Source: an uncultured Eubacteriales bacterium
Lineage (GTDB): Bacteria; Bacillota; Peptococcia; Peptococcales; SKKY01
Direction of reading: 5' to 3'
DNA length: 64,000 bases
NCBI GenBank assembly: GCA_964642925.1
Contig: CAZXPJ010000007.1
Coordinates: forward strand, 10,664-74,663
Shown: piece by piece, positions 31,310 to 42,617 of the stretch
How positions within the stretch are numbered: the first letter of the stretch is position 1
Layout of the letters: each line of letters begins with the position of its first letter
Notes under the pieces: model-generated
What the model was told of the DNA's origin: nothing
Seen by the model: the letters and a program-made list of their open reading frames with translations, nothing else
Databases searched by the model: none
Translations under genes and position numbers: made by a program

Positions 31310-31362
31310 AATAATTCCTCCTTTAAGCTATAAGTTCTTTTAGGCAAACTCATTTATAATAG

Positions 31363-31391
31363 ATTATATATTCTGAACATTTTGTTAACAA
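31363..31391 (-). promoter_or_regulatory. Sigma-A promoter for the AGCS gene with an overlapping CodY-like box
   Basis: TTGTTA (31391-31386), 17 nt, TATAAT (31368-31363); AATGTTCAGAATATA at 31381-31367 matches AATTTTCWGAAAATT at 12 of 15 positions. Confidence 0.55.
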
Positions 31392-31398
31392 GAACTAT

Positions 31399-31920
31399 TT
31401 ATAAAAATAGTGTATACAGTACTACACCAACGATGCTTTTTGCATCTTTTATTTGGCCTTTTTTAATCATCTCCATAATCTTATCTTTTTCAATCCACTC
31501 ACTGGTAAGATTTTCATCAACATCAAAGTTTATTTCTCCTAATCTCAAATCAGATCCTTTGAATAAATATATTTTTTCCGTACAAAAACCAGGTGAAGGA
31601 TAGACTACTTGAATAAGCTCTAAATTATTAGCAATATAACCTGTCTCTTCTTCTAATTCTCTTCTTGCACAGTCTAAAGGTAATTCTCCTTCTTCAAGTT
31701 TTCCTGCTGGTATTTCTAATAAAATATCCTCAAAAGCTTTTCTATATTGATTAACGAATAAGAATTTATTATTTTCACAAACAACAATTGCCACCGCACC
31801 ATTATGTTCTACTATCTCCCTGGTAGATTTAAGCCCATTTTCTAATTGTACTTGAATTTTTTTTAATTTTAATATTTTCCCCTTATATATCATTTCTTCA
31901 TTTAAAGTTTTTTCCTCCAT
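31399..31920 (-). CDS. nudF: ADP-ribose pyrophosphatase (Nudix)
   Basis: REIVEHNGAV, LEIPAGKLE..ARRELEEETG Nudix box, SPGF, DAKS. Confidence 0.92.
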   Translation of the reverse strand: MEEKTLNEEMIYKGKILKLKKIQVQLENGLKSTREIVEHNGAVAIVVCENNKFLFVNQYRKAFEDILLEIPAGKLEEGELPLDCARRELEEETGYIANNLELIQVVYPSPGFCTEKIYLFKGSDLRLGEINFDVDENLTSEWIEKDKIMEMIKKGQIKDAKSIVGVVLYTLFL

Positions 31921-31947
31921 TTGAATTACCTTCCCCGCTTATTTTTA

Positions 31948-31979
31948 TAAAAAAACAGCTGGATTTTACCTCCAGCTGT
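31948..31979 (-). terminator. Intrinsic terminator after ilvE
   Basis: ACAGCTGGA-TTTTACC-TCCAGCTGT stem-loop; T run follows on the minus strand. Confidence 0.8.
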
Positions 31980-31984
31980 AAATT

Positions 31985-33043
31985 TTACAGTTCAACAGTC
32001 CAATTAAATTCATCTTCGAGATCACCATATTGAACTCCAGTTATATAATCATATACTTTCATTGCAAGACTATCTTTAGAATATTCCCCAACCTTTATTA
32101 TTTCATCCTTATATTTTAATTCAGAAACAGGAGAAATTACAGCTGCTGTACCCATTCCGAATATTTCTTCTAACTTCCCTTGTTCAGAAGCTTTAAGAAG
32201 TTCCTGGATACTTATACGTCTTTCTTCAACAGGATAACCCCATTTTTTTAGAACTTTTATAACGGAATCCCTAGTTATTCCCGCCAAAATACTTCCATTA
32301 AGAGCTGGTGTTATTATTTTACCATCTATCTTAAATAAAATATTCATGGTTCCCACTTCTTCAATATATTTTTTCTCAACACCATCAAGCCATAATACTT
32401 GGGAATAACCAATTTTTTTTGCTTTTTCTCCTGCTAAAAGACTTGCAGCATAATTAGCCATTGTTTTTGCTTCTCCAAGACCTCCTGCTACTGCTCTAAC
32501 ATGATTTTCCTCTACCATAATTTTAACCGGCTTCAAGCCTTCTGGATAATAGGCCCCTACAGGGGAACAAATAATAATAAATTTATAGGTCTTGGATGGG
32601 TTCACTCCTAAAAAGTGGTCAGAAGCAATAATAAAAGGCCTTATATATAAAGATTCTCCATGTTTTTTCGGAACCCATTCTTGATCTATTTCTATTAGCT
32701 TTTTTAATCCTTCATAAGCAAGTTCCGGATCAATCTCAGGTATACAAACTTTTTCAGCTGAGCGATTAAGCCTCTTAAAATTATCCATTGGCCTAAAGAG
32801 GTTAATTTTGCCATTTTTATTATAATAAGCCTTCATGCCTTCAAAAATTCCTTGCCCATAGTGAAGAGTACAACAAGCAGGATCCATTTGAATTGGTCCA
32901 TAGGGCATTATAATAGGATCATGCCAGCCTTTACCTTCAGTATAATCCATGACAAACATATGATCAGTAAAGTAAACGCCAAAATGAAGTTCACCTTCTG
33001 GTTTTTTTTTCAGATCCTTTTTAAGATTAAGCTGGATATCCAT
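31985..33043 (-). CDS. ilvE: Branched-chain amino acid aminotransferase
   Basis: LHYGQGIFEGMKAY, SLYIRPF, AKTMANYAAS (PLP lysine), EEVGTMN, ILAGITR. Confidence 0.96.
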   Translation of the reverse strand: MDIQLNLKKDLKKKPEGELHFGVYFTDHMFVMDYTEGKGWHDPIIMPYGPIQMDPACCTLHYGQGIFEGMKAYYNKNGKINLFRPMDNFKRLNRSAEKVCIPEIDPELAYEGLKKLIEIDQEWVPKKHGESLYIRPFIIASDHFLGVNPSKTYKFIIICSPVGAYYPEGLKPVKIMVEENHVRAVAGGLGEAKTMANYAASLLAGEKAKKIGYSQVLWLDGVEKKYIEEVGTMNILFKIDGKIITPALNGSILAGITRDSVIKVLKKWGYPVEERRISIQELLKASEQGKLEEIFGMGTAAVISPVSELKYKDEIIKVGEYSKDSLAMKVYDYITGVQYGDLEDEFNWTVEL

Positions 33044-33133
33044 TAAAACTCCCCCAATTAATTAATATAAGTTTTTACTTCTTGATATTATATAATAACC
33101 CTCTTCAAATTTAAAGCTTAAGGCTGTAGATCT

Positions 33134-36100
33134 TTAAGCAAATATAGATATTTGATTATTTTCCGGTAGTTCTGTAAGCATTCCATGTCTTTGCATAGTT
33201 TCAATTACAGTTTTACTCACTTTTGTACGAATTCTTAAGTCTTCAACGGATTTAAATTCTCTAATATTTCTTTCATTTTCCACGTTCATAGCAGCTGTTT
33301 CACCAACACCTGGTAAAGCTACAAAGGGAGGAATAAGTTGATTATTTTCAATGATAAATTTATGAGCTAAAGATTTTTCTAAAGAGACTTTTTGAAATGT
33401 GAATCCTCTTAAAAACATTTCTAAGGCTACTTCTAATACAATTATCAATCTTATTTCTTTTTGAGTAGCTTGATTACCTAATTCTTGTATTTTTTTTATT
33501 TCATTTAAAATACTCTCTTTCCCTTTTACTATAATTTCAGCATCAAATTCTGCAGCTCTTATGGAGAAAAAAGCAGTATAGAAAGCTATTGGATAATAGA
33601 TTTTAAAATAAGCAATTCTAAAAGCCATCATAACATATGCCACAGCATGAGCTTTAGGAAACATATACTTTATTTTATTACAGGAAGCAATATACCATTC
33701 AGGAACTTTGAATTTTTTCATTTCTTCCTGGTACTCAATTTTAACCCCTTTACCCTTCCGCACATCTTCCATTACTTTAAAGGCTATTAAGGGATCTAAA
33801 TTCATATTTATTAAATATGTCATAATATCATCTCTTGCGGAAATAGCTTCTGATAATTGACATGTTTTATTTTTTATTAAATCCTGAGCATTATTAAGCC
33901 ATACATCTGTACCATGAGAAAATCCACTTATACGAACTAAATCAGAAAAATTATCTGGTTTTGTATCTTCAAGCATCTGTCTTACAAATTTTGTACCAAA
34001 CTCAGGTATTCCATAAGTGCCAATCTTGGACTGTAAGTCCCTCTCTGATACTCCTAAAATCTTAGTAGAAGAAAATAATGACATTACCTCTTTATTATCA
34101 AAGGTGATTTTTTGAGCATCAATTCCAGTAAGATCTTCAAGCATTTTAATCATTGTGGGATCATCATGGCCTAATATGTCAAGTTTTACTAAATAGTCAT
34201 GAAGAGAATGAAAGTCAAAATGGGTTGTAACTGTAAGAGAATTAACATCTTCTGCTGGTCTTTGAAGAGGCGTAAAGTCAGAAGCTTCTTTACTTTTTGG
34301 CACCACTATTAAACCACCTGGATGTTGTCCCGTTGTTCTTTTAACACCGGTACACCCTTTAATCAATCTATTTAACTCTGCTGAATTATAGTAAATATCA
34401 TTTTCTTCAAGATAGTTTTTAACATAACCAAAAGCAGTTTTTTCTGCTACTGTCCCAATTGTACCTGCTCTAAAAACATGATCTTTACCAAATAATTCTT
34501 CTACGTATTTATGTGCAGTAGCTTGATATTCACCTGAAAAATTTAAATCTATATCTGGTACTTTATCCCCTTCGAAGCCAAGAAAAACTTCAAAGGGGAT
34601 ATCAAAACCATCTTTATCTAAGTCTTTGCCACACTTCGGACATTTTTTTTCCGGTAAATCTGCTCCACAACCATACTCACCCTTTATAAAAAACTCAGTA
34701 TAATAACAAGTTGGACACCGATAATGAGGAGCCAAAGGATTTACTTCTGTGATACCAGTTAGTGTCGCTACTAAAGATGAGCCTACAGAACCTCTAGAGC
34801 CTACAAGATAACCATCTTCATTTGATTTTTTAACAAGTTTTTGTGATATAAGGTAAAGAACTGCATATCCATTATTAATTATAGAATTTAATTCCTTATC
34901 AATTCTTTTTGCCACAATTTCAGGCAAATTTTCTCCGTATATTTCTATTGCTTTTGTAATGGTCATTTCTCGTATTTCTTCTTCTGCCCCTTCAATTTCA
35001 GGTGGATAAAGCTTATCTGGTATTGGTCTGATATTATCAACTAAATCTGCTATTTTATTTGGATTAGTTATAACTACCTCATATGCCTTTTTATCATCTA
35101 AATAAGAGAATTCATTTAGCATTTCTTCTGTAGTTCTGTAATAAAGAGGAGGTTGATTAATCGCATCTGAAAAACCTTGTCCTGCTTGGATTATTCTTCT
35201 ATAAATAGAATCTTCAGCGTTAAGAAAATGAACATCCCCTGTAGCAACAACAGGTATATTTAATTCTTCACCTAATTCTATAACTTTGATATTAATGTTT
35301 TCTAAATCTTTTTTCCCTTTTACTATTTCATTGCGAATCATAAAATCATTGTTACCTATAGGTTGTATTTCTAAAAAATCATAGAATTTGCAAATAGTTT
35401 TTAATTCTTCTTCTGTTTTTCCTTCAATTATAGATGTTATTAATTCCCCCGCTTCGCAAGCTGAGCCAAATATTAAACCTTCTCTATATTTTTCAAGAAG
35501 ATCCATGGGAATTCTTGGTACTTTTTTATAGTAAGTTAACTGAGATTCAGATATTAAATGATATAGGTTTTTTAAACCTATCCGGTTTTTCACAAGAATT
35601 ATAAAATGAAAATTTTTCTTTTTTTTCTTCTCTTTTACTTCGTTCTTTTTAAAAACATATGCTTCAATTCCATAAATAATTTTGACCCCATATTTTTCTC
35701 CAGAAAAATATGCTTCAGGAAAAGATTGCACTACTCCGTGATCTGTTACAGCTATTGCTTTATGACCCCATAAAGCAGCTCTTTTTACATAATCATCAAT
35801 TTGATTCATCGCATCGTTCTTGCTCATATTTGTATGTAGATGTAATTCAACTCTTTTTTCTGGATAATTATCTCTCTTTTCATCCACTATTAACTCTTCA
35901 TGACTAGAAAGCATTAAAACATATTCTTTAGAAAATTGATCATAACGAATATTCCCTGACATTCTATAAAAACTATCTTTTTTAACTTCAATAAGTATTT
36001 CTTCTGCTTCTTCTTTTTTCTTTATATATTTGCTTATTATTGAAGAAGTTTTATCTGTAACAGAAATTGTTACTAATACTTTGCCAGTTTTTAGGTCTCT

Positions 36101-36826
36101 TCTCTGGATATCGAAAACTCTACCTTCAATAACAATATTATTTTCTTCTTCTCTGAGAGAGTTAATTTTTTTAATCTCCCCTTGATAACCCTTTAAATTA
36201 ATTTTTTTCCTACTCTTCTTCTTCCAGCTACTATTACTATTTGTATCTTTTTTGCTCTCTTTATTACTAATTTCAGGTGCTTTAACCTCTGGTAAGAATT
36301 CTTCTATTGACTGTAGAGTATCTATATCTTCTAATTCAGGATCCAGTTCAAAAATAATTTTTCTTGTTTTATTATCAGAAACATTAATTTTTTCTTCAAT
36401 TAATAGACCTGCATTCTTCTTCGTAAAATAATTATAGGCCCAGCTTGACCCAGTCTTTATTTTTATTTCATTTCTCTCATCATTATATTCTATCTTAGTT
36501 TTTTTAAAGCAATTACTTAAAACTGGAGCTTCTTCTTTACTGATTATATCGATAAATTGCTTTATTTTGTTCTCATCATTTAAACAATCACAAGTTAGAG
36601 CTGGAATTAATTTAATTTTATCTAGTTTTGGAAGTTTTTCTAATAAGAAGTCTTCTCCTTTTTTTAAAATATCCATATCAAATTGTTTTTTTGGATAAAA
36701 ATATATTTCCCAGGCATTTAAAGCCTGGGAAACTGATACTTTACAGATTTCTAATTCCTTAAGAAAGATAGAAATCTGACAATTATTATCTTTATTAAAT
36801 AATTCTCTAGGTAGTTTTTTATTCAT
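33134..36826 (-). CDS. polC: DNA polymerase III alpha subunit, PolC type, lacking the 3'-5' exonuclease insert
   Basis: NTD and OB fold, PHP (ELHLHT, TDHG, YGIE, GSAC, GDVH), GSRGSVGSS, Zn finger [32 protein letters not shown]; only 1230 aa. Confidence 0.97.
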   Translation of the reverse strand: MNKKLPRELFNKDNNCQISIFLKELEICKVSVSQALNAWEIYFYPKKQFDMDILKKGEDFLLEKLPKLDKIKLIPALTCDCLNDENKIKQFIDIISKEEAPVLSNCFKKTKIEYNDERNEIKIKTGSSWAYNYFTKKNAGLLIEEKINVSDNKTRKIIFELDPELEDIDTLQSIEEFLPEVKAPEISNKESKKDTNSNSSWKKKSRKKINLKGYQGEIKKINSLREEENNIVIEGRVFDIQRRDLKTGKVLVTISVTDKTSSIISKYIKKKEEAEEILIEVKKDSFYRMSGNIRYDQFSKEYVLMLSSHEELIVDEKRDNYPEKRVELHLHTNMSKNDAMNQIDDYVKRAALWGHKAIAVTDHGVVQSFPEAYFSGEKYGVKIIYGIEAYVFKKNEVKEKKKKKNFHFIILVKNRIGLKNLYHLISESQLTYYKKVPRIPMDLLEKYREGLIFGSACEAGELITSIIEGKTEEELKTICKFYDFLEIQPIGNNDFMIRNEIVKGKKDLENINIKVIELGEELNIPVVATGDVHFLNAEDSIYRRIIQAGQGFSDAINQPPLYYRTTEEMLNEFSYLDDKKAYEVVITNPNKIADLVDNIRPIPDKLYPPEIEGAEEEIREMTITKAIEIYGENLPEIVAKRIDKELNSIINNGYAVLYLISQKLVKKSNEDGYLVGSRGSVGSSLVATLTGITEVNPLAPHYRCPTCYYTEFFIKGEYGCGADLPEKKCPKCGKDLDKDGFDIPFEVFLGFEGDKVPDIDLNFSGEYQATAHKYVEELFGKDHVFRAGTIGTVAEKTAFGYVKNYLEENDIYYNSAELNRLIKGCTGVKRTTGQHPGGLIVVPKSKEASDFTPLQRPAEDVNSLTVTTHFDFHSLHDYLVKLDILGHDDPTMIKMLEDLTGIDAQKITFDNKEVMSLFSSTKILGVSERDLQSKIGTYGIPEFGTKFVRQMLEDTKPDNFSDLVRISGFSHGTDVWLNNAQDLIKNKTCQLSEAISARDDIMTYLINMNLDPLIAFKVMEDVRKGKGVKIEYQEEMKKFKVPEWYIASCNKIKYMFPKAHAVAYVMMAFRIAYFKIYYPIAFYTAFFSIRAAEFDAEIIVKGKESILNEIKKIQELGNQATQKEIRLIIVLEVALEMFLRGFTFQKVSLEKSLAHKFIIENNQLIPPFVALPGVGETAAMNVENERNIREFKSVEDLRIRTKVSKTVIETMQRHGMLTELPENNQISIFA

Positions 36827-38519
36827 TTAAATAAAATTCCTTTACTTTTGATATTACATTATTAAAATCTATATCTTCAGATTCTGAATCCTTTCTTCCT
36901 TTAATTTCTACAAGATTCTCAGTAATTTTTTTCCCTACTGTAATTCTTAAAGGATATCCTATAAGATCAGCATCATTAAATTTTACACCTATTCTTTCTT
37001 TCCTATCATCTAAAACTACTTCAAATCCTTCTTCACGAAGTTTTAGGTATAGTTCTTCTGCTTTTTGATATTGAATTTCATCATTTACTTGAACTGGTAT
37101 AACTATAACCTGGTAAGGTGCTATATTTTTAGGCCATATAATACCTTTTTCATCATAATTTTGTTCAACACAAGCTGCCATTGTTCTAGAAACACCAATT
37201 CCATAACAGCCCATTACAATTGTCTGTTCTTTACCATTTTCATCTAAATATTTAGCATTAAGTTTCTCTGAATATCTAGTTCCCAGCTTAAATACCTGAC
37301 CTGTTTCAATTCCTTTAGCAAAAATTAATTTACCCCCACATTTAGGACAAGGATCTTTATCAGTGACTTCCCTTAAGTCATGAAATTCTACCTTCGGAAA
37401 ATCTCTTTTAACATGTGTATGAAGGTAGTGGTAACCTTCCTCATTAGCTCCGCATACTCCATCTGTCATATATTGAAGTTCATTATCTGCATAAACAACA
37501 ATGTTTTTTATTCCTATTGGAGAAATTGATCCTGGCTCACAATTAAATAATTCTATAATTTCTTCTTCTTCGGCTTTTTCTAAGAAATCAGTCTTTAATA
37601 CTTTTTTAAGTTTTATTTCATTTAATGCTCTATCACCTCTTAAAGCTGTAACAACTAGTTGCTCATTAGTTTTATAAACTAATGTTTTAATTGTTTCTTC
37701 AGGTGAAATATTTAAAAATTTTACTACTTCTTCTATAGTTTTTTTACCTGGAGTTGCAATTTTTTCTAACTCTTTGCTTTCAGCTTTTTCTTCTTCTAAA
37801 GATATACATTCCGTAATTTCTATATTAGAAGCATATGAACAAGTATCACAATAGGCTATAGTAGCTTCACCATTTTCCGCAAGAACCATGAACTCATGAG
37901 TATCGTCCCCACCAATAGCACCGGAATCAGCTTCAACTGCTCTATAATTTAAACCCATTCTATCAAAAATTCTACTATATGCATCAAACATTTTTTGATA
38001 AGAAACATCTAAAGCAGCAAAGTCCCTATCAAAGGAATAAGCATCCTTCATTATAAATTCACGACCCCTCATTAGACCAAATCTTGGACGCCTTTCATCT
38101 CTATATTTATTCTGAATTTGATATAAATTTAATGGTAGTTGCTTATAGGATTTAACCTCACCTCTTACAATATCCGTAATCATCTCTTCATGAGTTGGTC
38201 CAAGACAAAAATCTCTATCGTGACGATCTTTAAGTCTAAACATTTCGTCTCCATAAACATCCCATCTACCACTTTCAGCCCATAATTCTGCTGGCTGGAT
38301 AATAGGAAGAAGTAATTCTTGAGCATCTGAATTATCCATTTCTTCTCTTACGATCTTTTCTATTTTTCTTAAAACTCTTAGAGCTAATGGAAGATAGCTA
38401 TATATGCCAGCTGCACTCTTTCTGATAAAACCGGCCTTTACTAAAAGCTGATGACTGATTATTTCAGCTTCAGCTGGAACTGCCCTTAGTGTCGGTAATA
38501 ACCCTTTAGATACTCTCAT
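36819..38519 (-). CDS. proS: Proline--tRNA ligase (bacterial type with INS editing domain)
   Basis: LGPTHEE, FRDERRPR-like [20 protein letters not shown] domain [17 protein letters not shown]. Confidence 0.98.
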   Translation of the reverse strand: MRVSKGLLPTLRAVPAEAEIISHQLLVKAGFIRKSAAGIYSYLPLALRVLRKIEKIVREEMDNSDAQELLLPIIQPAELWAESGRWDVYGDEMFRLKDRHDRDFCLGPTHEEMITDIVRGEVKSYKQLPLNLYQIQNKYRDERRPRFGLMRGREFIMKDAYSFDRDFAALDVSYQKMFDAYSRIFDRMGLNYRAVEADSGAIGGDDTHEFMVLAENGEATIAYCDTCSYASNIEITECISLEEEKAESKELEKIATPGKKTIEEVVKFLNISPEETIKTLVYKTNEQLVVTALRGDRALNEIKLKKVLKTDFLEKAEEEEIIELFNCEPGSISPIGIKNIVVYADNELQYMTDGVCGANEEGYHYLHTHVKRDFPKVEFHDLREVTDKDPCPKCGGKLIFAKGIETGQVFKLGTRYSEKLNAKYLDENGKEQTIVMGCYGIGVSRTMAACVEQNYDEKGIIWPKNIAPYQVIVIPVQVNDEIQYQKAEELYLKLREEGFEVVLDDRKERIGVKFNDADLIGYPLRITVGKKITENLVEIKGRKDSESEDIDFNNVISKVKEFYLNE

Positions 38520-39600
38520 TCTTTTCTCCCCTTATCTTTTCTAGTTCTATAAGAAGCTCTTTAACAATATCCTCTTCTTTGATTTTACGAATAATTTCGC
38601 CTTTTTTAAATAATAATCCTTCATTAATACCACCTGCAATACCTATGTCAGCTTCTCTTGCTTCTCCTGGTCCGTTAACAACGCAGCCCATTATAGCAAG
38701 CTTAATATTCTCTTTGTAACCTTTAGTTTTTTCCTCAACTTCCAGAACTATTTTTTCTAAATCAACTTGGCATCTTCCACATGTTGGACAGGAAACTATT
38801 TGAATCCCTTCTTCTTTTAATTTTAGAGATTTTAGAATATCTTTAGCAACTATAATTTCATTTACTGGATTCCCCGTAAGAGAGACTCTAATCGTATCTC
38901 CTATACCTTCAGCTAAAAGAGTACCTACGCCTACAGCACTTTTTATTATTCCCGTATTGACGCTACCAGCCTCTGTAACTCCTAAATGCAAAGGATAATC
39001 TACTTTTTTAGCAAGCTTTCGATATACATCAATCATTAAAGGAACTTCTGAGGCTTTAATAGAAATTTTTATTTGATCAAAATTCATCTTTTCAAGTATT
39101 TTAACATGCTTAAGAGCACTTTCTATCAATGAATTACTATTTACTCCTTTATACTTTTCAAGCATTTCTTTTTCTACAGAGCCTGAATTTACACCTATCC
39201 TAATAGGAATATTATAGGCTTTTGCACTTTCTACTACCTGTCTTATACGCTCTTCATTACCAATATTGCCGGGATTAATTCGTAACCCGTGTATCCCATT
39301 TTTAATTGTTTCTAAAGCCAATCTATAGTCAAAATGAATATCGGCTATAACTGGAATAGGGGAGCTGCTTACTATATCTTTTGTTTTTTCAGCTGCTTCC
39401 ATATCTGGAATCGCAATTCTAATTATTTCACAACCAGCTTGAGTTAATTCCTTAATCTGAGATAAGGTTTTTTCTACATTCCTTGTGTCTGTATTAGTCA
39501 TAGACTGTATTGTTACCGGATAATCTGATCCAATGCCTATATCCCCAATAAAAACATTACTAGTTTTTCTTCTTTCAAACATATTAAGGCCTTCCTTCAT
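38506..39600 (-). CDS. ispG: HMB-PP synthase IspG (flavodoxin-dependent)
   Basis: [47 protein letters not shown]; start could be the second Met at 39582. Confidence 0.98.
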   Translation of the reverse strand: MKEGLNMFERRKTSNVFIGDIGIGSDYPVTIQSMTNTDTRNVEKTLSQIKELTQAGCEIIRIAIPDMEAAEKTKDIVSSSPIPVIADIHFDYRLALETIKNGIHGLRINPGNIGNEERIRQVVESAKAYNIPIRIGVNSGSVEKEMLEKYKGVNSNSLIESALKHVKILEKMNFDQIKISIKASEVPLMIDVYRKLAKKVDYPLHLGVTEAGSVNTGIIKSAVGVGTLLAEGIGDTIRVSLTGNPVNEIIVAKDILKSLKLKEEGIQIVSCPTCGRCQVDLEKIVLEVEEKTKGYKENIKLAIMGCVVNGPGEAREADIGIAGGINEGLLFKKGEIIRKIKEEDIVKELLIELEKIRGEKNESI

Positions 39601-40640
39601 TTACCTAAAAAAGTAGTTAAATCATTATAAGTTATTAATATAAATAAACCGATTAAAAATGCAAAACCTAGCATTGTAAGAAATCCTTCTTTTTTTCTAT
39701 CAATAGGCTTTCCACTTATACCTTCATATAAAATAAATAATATTTTACTTCCATCTAATCCAGGAATAGGTAATAGATTTATAAAACCAATATTGGCTGA
39801 CATAAACCCGGTGAGATATAGAAGAGGCATAAATCCTACTTTTGCAGTTTCATCAATTATTTTTATTATACCAACTGGACCAGAAAATGATTCAATACCA
39901 ATATGCCCTGAAAAGAGAAATTTAAAGGATGCAAGGATAAATACCATTAACCTTGTCGTTTCACCAATAGCATATTTAATTGATCCAAAAAGTCCTTGTT
40001 TCTCAAGTTTATATCCTTCTCCGACAATTCCTAAAAAGCCAAGCTTCTCTTCTCCTTCTCCAATAATAGGATAAAGAGCTATTAATTCTTCTGTGTCTCC
40101 TCTTTGAACCTTAAATTCTAGTTCTTCATTGGGATTTGTTTTTATAATTGTATCTAAATCACTTCTATTATTAATTTTCTTTCCATTAGCTTCTCTAATT
40201 ATATCACCTGGTAAAAAACCCGCTGTGGCAGCAGGAGAACCTTCTACAATTTCAGTTATTATAGTATCTCCTGCAGGAACACCATTTTGAAGAGCAATAA
40301 GAGTGAAAATAATTATTGCCAATAAAAAATTCATTATTACACCAGCAATAACGACAAAAATCCTTTGAAGTATAGTCTTATTGTTAAAATTCCTCGGATT
40401 ATTACTTTCCGGAGAGCCTTCTTCATAATACTCTCCTTCCATTTTAACATAGCCACCAATTGGTATTCCTCTTAATGAATAAAGAGTTTCTTTTCCTTGC
40501 TTGGAAAATAATTTTGGGCCCATTCCTATACTAAATTCATCAACTTTTATTCCTACGGATTTAGCTGCAGCAAAGTGTCCAAACTCATGGACAATTATTA
40601 TGATGCCAAATACTAATAAGCTGACTATAAAAGTTTGCAA
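39597..40640 (-). CDS. rseP: RIP metalloprotease RseP
   Basis: HEFGH, PIGGYVKM, PDZ domain, NLLPIPGLDG. Confidence 0.97.
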   Translation of the reverse strand: MQTFIVSLLVFGIIIIVHEFGHFAAAKSVGIKVDEFSIGMGPKLFSKQGKETLYSLRGIPIGGYVKMEGEYYEEGSPESNNPRNFNNKTILQRIFVVIAGVIMNFLLAIIIFTLIALQNGVPAGDTIITEIVEGSPAATAGFLPGDIIREANGKKINNRSDLDTIIKTNPNEELEFKVQRGDTEELIALYPIIGEGEEKLGFLGIVGEGYKLEKQGLFGSIKYAIGETTRLMVFILASFKFLFSGHIGIESFSGPVGIIKIIDETAKVGFMPLLYLTGFMSANIGFINLLPIPGLDGSKILFILYEGISGKPIDRKKEGFLTMLGFAFLIGLFILITYNDLTTFLGK

Positions 40641-40659
40641 AAAATCACCCCAAATTAAT

Positions 40660-41799
40660 CTATTTTATATTTTCTAATGCTTCTTTTCTTGCCCATAAAT
40701 CTATTTTTATAATCTCCTCTAAGTCAGGATTAAATTCAGTTTTATGTTTTTCCATTACTTTTTCTACTACTTGTGGAATCTGAGTAAAGGATATCTTTTT
40801 ATTTAAAAATAATCCTACTGCAATTTCATTAGCTGCGTTTAAAACTGCTGGCATAGTTCCACCTATTCGTCCTGCTTCATAAGCAAGTAAAAGAGAGGGA
40901 AACTTTTCAAAATCTGGCTTATAAAAATTTAAACTTCCGATCTCAGTTAAATCTATTTTTGGAAAATCATTGTTTCTTCTTTCAGGATAAGTTAAAGCAT
41001 ATTGTATTGGTATCCTCATATCCTTTGGACCTAAGTGACCTATGATACTTCCATCTCCATATTGAACCATAGAATGTACAATACTTTCTGGATGAATAAC
41101 AACAGTAATATTATCATAATCAATATCAAATAACCAATTTGCTTCTATTACTTCTAGTCCCTTATTCATTAGTGTAGCAGAGTCAATGGTAATTTTTTTA
41201 CCCATTTTCCAAGTGGGATGTTTTAAAGCATCCTCCGGGGTTACTCTTGCTAAATCTCTTACAGACCATTCTCTAAATGGTCCCCCAGAAGCAGTTAATA
41301 ATATTTTACGGAATGCTTTTGAATCTTCCATACATTGCATAATAGCGGAATGCTCGCTATCAACAGTGATAACTTTACCACCCTTATCTTTAATTATGTT
41401 TTTTACTACGATTCCTGCACTAACTAAAGTTTCTTTATTAGCTAAGGCTACTGTAATTTTCTTCTCAAGAAAAGTTAAAGTAGGCTTAATTCCAGCAGCA
41501 CCAGAAATACCTCCAACACAAATGTCTATTTTGAAGTTGTCTAAGACTTGTGATAATTTTGAAAATCCAAAAAAAAGTTTTGTATCTAATAGATCCAAAA
41601 CCTTTAATTTATTATAACAATTACCTTCAGTAATAAAAACAACTTTAGGTTTATATTTCATTACCTGTTTGTAAATTATTTCAAAATTACTGTGAGCAGA
41701 AAGAATTTCTACAGAAAAGTCATGTTTAAACTCATCAATAACTTCTAATGTTTGAACACCTATAGAACCAGTTGATCCTAAAATAGCGACTTTTTTCAT
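40660..41799 (-). CDS. dxr: 1-deoxy-D-xylulose-5-phosphate reductoisomerase
   Basis: LGSTGSIG, LANKETLV, VDSEHSA, LTASGGPF, HPTWKMG, NKGLEVIE. Confidence 0.99.
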   Translation of the reverse strand: MKKVAILGSTGSIGVQTLEVIDEFKHDFSVEILSAHSNFEIIYKQVMKYKPKVVFITEGNCYNKLKVLDLLDTKLFFGFSKLSQVLDNFKIDICVGGISGAAGIKPTLTFLEKKITVALANKETLVSAGIVVKNIIKDKGGKVITVDSEHSAIMQCMEDSKAFRKILLTASGGPFREWSVRDLARVTPEDALKHPTWKMGKKITIDSATLMNKGLEVIEANWLFDIDYDNITVVIHPESIVHSMVQYGDGSIIGHLGPKDMRIPIQYALTYPERRNNDFPKIDLTEIGSLNFYKPDFEKFPSLLLAYEAGRIGGTMPAVLNAANEIAVGLFLNKKISFTQIPQVVEKVMEKHKTEFNPDLEEIIKIDLWARKEALENIK

Positions 41800-41814
41800 T
41801 TTTAGCCTACTTTC

Positions 41815-42615
41815 TTATAATACTAAAATCCTTAATATAATATAAAAGACCGGGGCTACAAATATTGTACTATCAAAACGGTCTAAAAAACCACCATGAC
41901 CAGGTAATATTTTCCCTGAATCTTTTACATTATAAATTCTTTTGATAGAACTTTCAAATAAGTCTCCTAGTTGAGATACTAGTGTTAAAGCAAAAATCAT
42001 TATGCCTAATAGGAAAGGAGATATAGCAATAAATACATTTAGTTTATAATTTATAATTAAAGAGACCACAATAGCAAAAAAAGAGCCTCCTAATGAGCCT
42101 TCAATAGTTTTCTTAGGACTAACCCTTGGTGCAAGTTTTCTTTTACCTAGTAGCATTCCTGTAAAGTAGGCAAAGCTATCAGTAATCCAAATAATTATAA
42201 ACATAAAGAATATATATTTAAAATCATCTTTAATATTCCTTATTAAAACTAAATGATACATAGGGACAGTCACATACATATAGATAAATAAACTTTGGAT
42301 AATTATTAAAAATTTTGTTTTATTTTCTTCCATATTATCTTTAAAATTAATTACATAAAAGATAAATATAGAAAGCATAAATAGAATGGAAATTCCAAAG
42401 TAAGATAAATTCTCAGGCAGAAAAACTACTATAGTTGAAAAAATATATAGTAGGAACAAAATTGTCTGATCTTTTATTCCCATAATTTTAAATAACTCTG
42501 TAATCCCTACGATCACCATGACTAAAACTAGAACTTGGGTATAATATCCTCCCATATAAAGCAACCAAAGGAAAACCGGCAAACCTATTACCGCTGTCAT
42601 TATTCTGCTTATCAA
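41815..42615 (-). CDS. cdsA: Phosphatidate cytidylyltransferase
   Basis: WITDSFAYFTG, VSPKKTIEG, GDLFESSIKR, PGHGGFLDRFD. Confidence 0.97.
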   Translation of the reverse strand: MISRIMTAVIGLPVFLWLLYMGGYYTQVLVLVMVIVGITELFKIMGIKDQTILFLLYIFSTIVVFLPENLSYFGISILFMLSIFIFYVINFKDNMEENKTKFLIIIQSLFIYMYVTVPMYHLVLIRNIKDDFKYIFFMFIIIWITDSFAYFTGMLLGKRKLAPRVSPKKTIEGSLGGSFFAIVVSLIINYKLNVFIAISPFLLGIMIFALTLVSQLGDLFESSIKRIYNVKDSGKILPGHGGFLDRFDSTIFVAPVFYIILRILVL

Positions 42616-42617
42616 TT

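Noticed and set aside
31310-31398. Possible glycine riboswitch upstream of the AGCS gene
   Set aside because: The gap is 89 bp, holds the promoter and leaves a leader of under 50 nt with no aptamer motifs
33106-33133. TTAAAG..CTTTAA inverted repeat after polC as a terminator
   Set aside because: AT-only 6-bp stem with a long loop and no U tract; too weak to call
35618-35624. In-frame A_AAA_AAG slippery heptamer in the PolC linker (dnaX-like -1 frameshift site)
   Set aside because: No stimulatory hairpin or upstream SD is evident; the -1 frame stops about 25 codons later, giving a useless fragment; such heptamers are common in Lys runs of AT-rich genes
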